From the sequence record SRR20825006_2306: a DNA stretch of 34,590 nucleotides. One strand, 5' to 3'. This document shows, piece after piece, positions 28,678 to 34,590 of the stretch; position 1 is the stretch's first letter; each line of letters begins with the position of its first letter. The notes under the pieces are model-generated. The model searched no databases, was not told the origin of the DNA, and was given only the letters and a program-made list of their open reading frames with translations. Both the position numbers and the translations under genes were made by a program.

Positions 28678-29000
28678 TGCCTTCACCTCGCAAGTTTTCT
28701 GTTTGCTCCCGCGTTATAAAAGCCAGGACCAAAGCTTGTTTTTCATAGATGTGCGCAACGTCTGTGACAAGGCAGTTTCCACCGCTTATCATCCGAAAAC
28801 AACCCCGGGAAAGATTTTTGGATACACATTGGCAGTGCTTGTTCTGTGCTGCTGATAAAACATTTAAAGAAAAGTGGGTGCGCGCCGGTCAGCAGCATGC
28901 TCTGGCGCTAAACTTGATAGCTTGACATCAAAGCTAAACGAGCGAGACAAGAAGCGACGCTCCTGGCAAAAATGCTGAGTACTATCTATATGATCCGGTT

Positions 29001-29582
29001 ATGATGGATAACTTTGAGACTGCATTTCCACTGGCCAGTGGCCGTGCGCATGATGTTACAGGCGCGGGAGCCTTCTTCTTTGCCGCCGTGCTGGCGGGAC
29101 ATTATGGTGGGTCGGTGCTTTGGGTGAAGCCAGACTGGTTTTCCGACACGATCAACCCTGTCGCTTATGCCGCCTATGCCGATCCTCATGCATTGGTTAT
29201 TGCACGCACCAAAGACCAGGCGGAGATGCTGGCCGCGGGTGAAGAGGGGTTGCGTTCCGGAGCGGTCCGGCTGGTTATTCTTGAATGTGAAACGCCGCTT
29301 GAATTAACGCCCGGACGCCGTTTGCAATTGGCCGCAGAGGCTGGAAAATCCACATGCCTTTGTATATTTCCGGAAGGCGCGGGCAATCAGACCGCCACTA
29401 CCCGCTGGCTGACGCGGCCACTCTTTGACGAATCCGACTCGACTTTGCAAAGCTGGTCTCTTATAAAGAACAAAACAGGAACAAATAAGATCTGGACGGT
29501 CCGTTGGGATGAAACGTCGCGTTGTATCCATGTGGTTTCAGAGACTGCCGAGCGAGCGGATTTTACGCCGCCACCCGGTTGA
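29001..29582 (+). CDS. imuA: ImuA (RecA-fold-like accessory protein of the mutagenesis cassette)
   Basis: GRAHDV, EEGLRSGAV..VILE, L.LTPGRRLQLAAEAG, ATTRW; overlaps imuB by 74 bp. Confidence 0.85.
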   Translation: MMDNFETAFPLASGRAHDVTGAGAFFFAAVLAGHYGGSVLWVKPDWFSDTINPVAYAAYADPHALVIARTKDQAEMLAAGEEGLRSGAVRLVILECETPLELTPGRRLQLAAEAGKSTCLCIFPEGAGNQTATTRWLTRPLFDESDSTLQSWSLIKNKTGTNKIWTVRWDETSRCIHVVSETAERADFTPPPG

Positions 29583-30981
29583 GGGGGCGTTTGCTGTTAC
29601 GCTGAGTGAAGGAAATCACGAGCGTATTTACTGTTTGAACGAAGCTGCAGAGAAAAAGGGACTGGAACGCGGCATTGGACTGGCCGATGCCCGCGCCTAT
29701 GTGCCTGATCTTCTAACGCAACCTGCCGATCGGGATGCCGATGCCGGTTTCCTGAAAATGCTGGCCCGATGGGCAACACGGTACACCCCATATGCGGGTC
29801 TTGATGGCGATGACGGTCTGGTACTCGATATTTCCGGTGTGCCGCATCTTTTTGGCGGTGAACAGGCAATGCTGAATGACATGCTTGCCCGCACGCGGCG
29901 CGCTGGCTTTTCGGTGCGTGTCGGCTTTGCCGATACGCGTGGCGGTGCCTGGGCGCTGGCGCACTTTTCTCCCGGTATTGCCGAAGCAGACAAAGCCAGA
30001 ATAGCCCTTGCCCGCCTTCCTGTCGAAGCATTACGCATTGATGACAAGACTACTACCGCACTGAAGCGTCTGGGCATCAACACGATTGCAGACCTCTCTG
30101 CCCTGCCCCGAGCGACCCTTGCCCGCCGTTTCGACATGGCGCTTCTGGAAAAACTTGACCAGGCCACCGGCGAACGCGGCGAAACCATTTCACCTCTGGC
30201 CGAGCCGCCGCATTATGGTGTGCGAATGATGTTTCCCGATCCGATAGGGCTTTTGGATGATGTCATGTTGGCATTGCAACGCCTTACTGAACGCCTGTGT
30301 GATCGATTAAAGTCGCATGAATCAGGTGTGCGTATCCTGACACTGACGATCACGCGTGCGGATTCATCTTCGGAAACATGCGCATTACGTCTAGCCCGAC
30401 CGATGCGTGATGCATCGCGGATTGTGAAGCTGTTTGAACGCAGTGTCGCCGCCATGGATGCCGGTTTTGGTATTGAGCGTATGCGGCTTGCAGCTGGCGC
30501 TGTGGAAAGTCTGCCCGCCGAGCAGATGACCAGTGATGGGCCTGCTCCGGATGAAGGGCTGGCCGATCTGATCACCCGGCTTGGTGCGCGCATCGGGCTT
30601 GAGAATATCAACCGGTTCTGCCCGGCTGAAAGCCATATTCCAGAGCGCGCTTTTATCAAACGTCCTGCAACTGATGCGGGACCGTCGTCTTCATGGTCAA
30701 AGGTTTCCCGCCCGCGACCATTGAAACTGTTCCTGCCCGAGCCGGTGACCGCCGATACTGTACGGCGCCCGCCGTCCTGCTTTTCATGGCGGCGCATGCG
30801 CCTTTCCACTGCGCGCGCCAGCGGGCCGGAACGGCTGGCACCTGAGTGGTGGCGCAATGATCCGGCCTGGCGCTCGGGCCTGCGTGATTACTGGAAGGTG
30901 GAAACCGGTGAAGGCTTGCGGCTCTGGATGTTTCATACGCCGCAAGTCCCCGGTTGGTATGTTCACGGGCTTTTTGCGTGA
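29509..30981 (+). CDS. imuB: ImuB, catalytically inactive Y-family polymerase homolog
   Basis: G..LADARA, RYTP...DGDDGLVLDISGVPHLFGGE, LPVEALR, C-terminal PRPLKLF, GPERLAPEWW, RDYWKVE, WYVHGLFA. Confidence 0.93.
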   Translation: MKRRVVSMWFQRLPSERILRRHPVEGAFAVTLSEGNHERIYCLNEAAEKKGLERGIGLADARAYVPDLLTQPADRDADAGFLKMLARWATRYTPYAGLDGDDGLVLDISGVPHLFGGEQAMLNDMLARTRRAGFSVRVGFADTRGGAWALAHFSPGIAEADKARIALARLPVEALRIDDKTTTALKRLGINTIADLSALPRATLARRFDMALLEKLDQATGERGETISPLAEPPHYGVRMMFPDPIGLLDDVMLALQRLTERLCDRLKSHESGVRILTLTITRADSSSETCALRLARPMRDASRIVKLFERSVAAMDAGFGIERMRLAAGAVESLPAEQMTSDGPAPDEGLADLITRLGARIGLENINRFCPAESHIPERAFIKRPATDAGPSSSWSKVSRPRPLKLFLPEPVTADTVRRPPSCFSWRRMRLSTARASGPERLAPEWWRNDPAWRSGLRDYWKVETGEGLRLWMFHTPQVPGWYVHGLFA

Positions 30982-30989
30982 GGCGCACC

Positions 30990-33900
30990 ATGGATTATGC
31001 CGAACTTTGCGTAACCACAAATTTTACCTTTTTAACCGGCGCCTCGCACCCGGAAGAAATGATGGCGCGCGCCACTGAACTGGGACTTGCTGCCATCGCG
31101 ATTACGGACCGTAATTCACTGGCCGGAGTGGTACGAGCCTTTTCCGCACTGAAGGAAATTAAACGTAAACTGACGGAAAAGCAGGATAATGCGTTCATCA
31201 CGCTTTCGGCAAAACATCCCATAGACCCCTCGTCCCGCCAACCCGTGGGAAAGTTTAATACAATAGATATTCAGGCTGGACCGCGTTTGCCACGCCTTAT
31301 TGTCGGTTGCCGTCTGGTGCTTGCCGACAGCCCGGTCGAATTTATCGTCCTGCCCGAAAACAAGTCCGGTTACCAAAGGCTCGTACGGCTTTTAAGCCTC
31401 GGTAAACTGCGTTCTGCCAAAGGTGAATGTCTGCTTTATCTGAGCGATATGCTGAAATGGGGCGACGACAATATACTGATCGCGCTACCGCAAGCGGACC
31501 TCCCGCAGAAAACGAAGAGCACAGACCACCTGGTTCAGGCGTTGAGACGCTTTCCCGGCCATGTGTTTACCGGAGCGACCCCGCGTTATGACGGATCGGA
31601 TCAGATTGGAATTTCAACGCTTGCCGCCCTTTCGCACAAAACCGGTGCGCCTCTGGTTGCTGTCGGCGATGTGTTGATGCACCATGCCAACCGCCGCCAG
31701 CTCGCCGATGTGCTGACCTGCATGCGCCACCACATCACCATTGAGGAAATCGGTCACCGGGCTTTGCCGAATGCCGAGCGCCGTTTAAAAGGCGCTGCGG
31801 AAATGGAGCGAATTTTCGCAGCTCACCCTGCTGCCATTCGCCGCACTCTGGAAATTGCTGGGCGGTGCGCCTTTGATTTGTCTGAACTGTCTTATGACTA
31901 TCCGGATGAGATCGCGCATGGCGAAGCACCACAGGCTCGCCTTGCACGCCTCACCTGGACCGGACTGAAAAAACGTAGTCCGAATGGCATCCCTGAGCGC
32001 CATCGGGAACTGGCGGAAAAGGAACTGAAGCTCATCGATGAACTGGGATTTGCCGCCTATTTTCTCACCGTCCATGACATCATCATCTATGCCAGAAGCA
32101 AAGGCATTTTATGTCAGGGCCGTGGATCGGCAGCTAATTCGATCCTGTGTTATGCACTTGGCATTACTGATGTCCGCCCCGATATGATCGGCATGGTATT
32201 TGAGCGTTTTGTCTCTCGCCATCGGGGCGAGCCGCCGGACATAGATGTCGATTTTGAGCATGAACGGCGTGAAGAGGTCATCCAGCACATTTATGAAACC
32301 TATGGCCGCCATCGCGCCGGACTGTGTGCCACCGTTATCCATTTTCGCTCGCGGGCTGCCATCCGCCAAGTCGGCAAAGTGATGGGGCTTTCCAATGATG
32401 TGACGGCAAGCCTTTCCAGCCAGATCTGGGGTATTTCCAGCAAGGGCGCTGATCCTCATCGCCTGCGCGAAGCCGGTCTTGATACCTCCGATAGACGACT
32501 GGCCCAGACCATTCGCCTGATTGGTGAGATCATCGGCTTTCCCCGCCACCTGTCCCAGCATGTCGGAGGTTTCATCATCACCAGAGACCGGCTGGATGAG
32601 CTCTGCCCGATTGAAAACGCGACCATGGAAGACCGTACGATCATCGAATGGGACAAGGATGACATCGATGCGCTCAACATCCTGAAAGTGGATATTCTAA
32701 GCCTCGGTATGCTCACCTGCCTCCAGAAGTGTTTTAATCTGCTCGGAAACCATTACAGCCGGCCGCTGACTATCGAGACCGTGCCGCAGGAAGACCCGGC
32801 CACCTATGCCATGCTCACCAGAGCAGATGCCATTGGCGTGTTTCAGGTGGAAAGCCGGGCGCAGATGAATTTTCTGCCGCGTATGCAGCCCGAGACTTTT
32901 TACGACCTCGTCATTGAGGTTGCGATCGTACGCCCCGGGCCCATTCAGGGCGGAATGGTTCAGCCCTACATCAAACGGCGAATGGGACACGAGGCCATCA
33001 CCTACCCGAAGGAGGAGTTGCGCGGCGTTCTTGAGAAGACCAAAGGCGTTCCGCTGTTTCAGGAGCAAGCCATGCTCATTGCCGTGGTGGCTGCCGGTTT
33101 TTCTGCCGAAGATGCGGATCGCTTGCGCCGCTCGCTGGCCAGCTTCCGACGCATGGGCACGATCAGCGCCTTTCGCGATCAGTTTATCAACGGCATGCTG
33201 GGAAAAGGCTATGAACTTGATTTTGCCCAGCGTTGCTTTGCCCAGATCGAAGGTTTTGCCGATTACGGGTTTCCTGAAAGCCATGCGGCGGCCTTTGCCA
33301 TGCTGACCTATGTCTCCGCCTGGCTGAAATGCCATTATCCGGCGGCCTTTGCCTGCGCGCTTTTAAATTCCCAGCCGATGGGTTTTTACGCCCCGGCCCA
33401 GATCGTGCGTGACGCGCGCGAACACCAGGTGGAGGTACGGCCGATCTCAATCAACCACAGCGAATGGGATTGTACGCTGGAGCGCCGGGCCGATGGCCAT
33501 TATGCGCTGCGGCTTGGTTTTCGACAGATCAAAGGCTTTAAGGAAGAAGATGCCGAATGGCTGCAGCTTGCGCGCGGTAATGGCTTTCACACGCCCGAAG
33601 ATGTGTGGCTGCGCGCCGGGTTGCGACCTGCCACGCTGGAACGGTTGGCCGAGGCCGATGCCTTTGCCGATTACGGACTTTCGCGTCGCGACGCGCTTTG
33701 GCGGGTTAGAGCGATCCGCACACCAAAGCCGTTGCCGCTTTTTTCCGATCCCATCGACGGAGAACATATCAGTGAACCGAATGTGATGCTGCCGACCATG
33801 AACCTTGGCGAACAGGTGGTTGAGGATTATGTCGCTACGCGGATGAGCCTGCGCGCCCATCCTATGGAGCTTTTGCGCCCGAAAATGAAGGGGTTGACGC

Positions 33901-34322
33901 TTCACAGCCATTTACTGGTGACGCAGGAAAGGCGCGTCAGTGTCTGCGGGCTGGTGATCACCCGCCAGCGCCCCGGCACGGCATCCGGCGTAATCTTTTT
34001 AACGCTGGAAGATGAGACCGGTGTTTCCAATATTGTCGTCTGGAACAAGATTTATGAGCGTTACCGCCGCACGGTGATGGGCGGCAGGCTTTTGAAGGTC
34101 ACAGGCAAACTCCAGCGCGAAGGGCAGGTTGTGCATGTGATTGCCGAGACAATTGCAGACGAGTCGCACCGTCTTTCCGAACTCGGTCATCCGATGGACG
34201 AAGCTGTCGGTATTACCGACCCGAAGGCCGACGACACCCCGCGCCGTCCGCGTCTGCAGCCACGCGCCCACCACCCGCGCGAACAAGCCAAGAGACTGTT
34301 TCCAAGCCGCGATTTTCATTAG
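30990..34322 (+). CDS. dnaE2: Error-prone DNA polymerase DnaE2 (ImuC)
   Basis: PHP domain (YAELCVTTNFTFLTGASHPEE, AITDRNSLAG), QGRGSAANS, catalytic EPPDIDVDFEH, YGFPESHAA, RQRPGTA and the C-terminal SRDFH signature of DnaE2. ATG at 30990. Confidence 0.97.
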   Translation: MDYAELCVTTNFTFLTGASHPEEMMARATELGLAAIAITDRNSLAGVVRAFSALKEIKRKLTEKQDNAFITLSAKHPIDPSSRQPVGKFNTIDIQAGPRLPRLIVGCRLVLADSPVEFIVLPENKSGYQRLVRLLSLGKLRSAKGECLLYLSDMLKWGDDNILIALPQADLPQKTKSTDHLVQALRRFPGHVFTGATPRYDGSDQIGISTLAALSHKTGAPLVAVGDVLMHHANRRQLADVLTCMRHHITIEEIGHRALPNAERRLKGAAEMERIFAAHPAAIRRTLEIAGRCAFDLSELSYDYPDEIAHGEAPQARLARLTWTGLKKRSPNGIPERHRELAEKELKLIDELGFAAYFLTVHDIIIYARSKGILCQGRGSAANSILCYALGITDVRPDMIGMVFERFVSRHRGEPPDIDVDFEHERREEVIQHIYETYGRHRAGLCATVIHFRSRAAIRQVGKVMGLSNDVTASLSSQIWGISSKGADPHRLREAGLDTSDRRLAQTIRLIGEIIGFPRHLSQHVGGFIITRDRLDELCPIENATMEDRTIIEWDKDDIDALNILKVDILSLGMLTCLQKCFNLLGNHYSRPLTIETVPQEDPATYAMLTRADAIGVFQVESRAQMNFLPRMQPETFYDLVIEVAIVRPGPIQGGMVQPYIKRRMGHEAITYPKEELRGVLEKTKGVPLFQEQAMLIAVVAAGFSAEDADRLRRSLASFRRMGTISAFRDQFINGMLGKGYELDFAQRCFAQIEGFADYGFPESHAAAFAMLTYVSAWLKCHYPAAFACALLNSQPMGFYAPAQIVRDAREHQVEVRPISINHSEWDCTLERRADGHYALRLGFRQIKGFKEEDAEWLQLARGNGFHTPEDVWLRAGLRPATLERLAEADAFADYGLSRRDALWRVRAIRTPKPLPLFSDPIDGEHISEPNVMLPTMNLGEQVVEDYVATRMSLRAHPMELLRPKMKGLTLHSHLLVTQERRVSVCGLVITRQRPGTASGVIFLTLEDETGVSNIVVWNKIYERYRRTVMGGRLLKVTGKLQREGQVVHVIAETIADESHRLSELGHPMDEAVGITDPKADDTPRRPRLQPRAHHPREQAKRLFPSRDFH

Positions 34323-34549
34323 ACACCACTGAATGACACCCAAAGTAACATAGGCCATGACGCAGAAGATACTTTGGCGCGGCTCTCATCACGCACCCAA
34401 CACGTTCAGCCCAAGGGTTGTTCGCCGGGTGAACCGCTATGGCATCAGGTCAAAATTTTCATTTATGGAAATAGGTAAACAACGGGTATGTTGCCAAAAT
34501 TGAGAAAAACAACAAATATCAGAGGTTTAGCTTTCCGCAGAAAGTAAAA

Positions 34550-34590
34550 TGGAGGCCTCGGCCGGAATCGAACCGGCGTGCAAGGATTTG
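34550..34590 (-). tRNA. tRNA-Cys, 3' half (truncated by the window end)
   Basis: Reverse complement is CAAATCCTTGCACGCCGGTTCGATTCCGGCCGAGGCCTCCA: part of the anticodon loop (..CA-AA, consistent with GCA), T-arm GCCGG-TTCGATT-CCGGC, acceptor strand CGAGGCC, discriminator U and encoded CCA. Confidence 0.9.

Noticed and set aside
28914..28931. TTGAT...ATCAA as an FNR/FixK box upstream of imuA
   Set aside because: Spacer is 8 nt rather than the required 4.
28687..29000. attL-type duplication of the tRNA-Cys 3' end
   Set aside because: No copy of TGGAGGCCTCG or similar found, so no mobile element is called.

Overview
Core chromosomal region of an alphaproteobacterium; gene order and protein sequences look Rhizobiales/Rhizobiaceae-like. 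In order: 3' end of glnA, hspQ, ialB, an orphan peptide-type ABC substrate-binding protein, a DsbA/FrnE protein, mfd and sdhE divergent from recG, a GNAT acetyltransferase, glmS, glmU, a BMP-family (purine/nucleoside-type) ABC operon, pcs, a UbiH/UbiF-family hydroxylase, a VOC-family gene, rplM-rpsI, valS, popZ, pcm, a complete imuA-imuB-dnaE2 mutagenesis cassette, and the 3' half of tRNA-Cys at the window edge. Most of it is housekeeping; I found no CRISPR array, integrase or transposase. The main points of interest are: (1) the imuABC cassette lies between the tRNA-Cys 3' end and pcm and has no canonical alphaproteobacterial LexA box, but does have a different palindrome over a TTGACA; (2) perfect LexA-type boxes (GAACA-N5-AGAAC) sit instead upstream of the VOC gene and between pcs and the Ubi hydroxylase; (3) tolC is absent from its usual position between pcm and popZ; (4) ValRS has an atypical, possibly mosaic, editing domain; (5) rplM has a structured leader. 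Family assignments rest on recognised motifs, not database searches.
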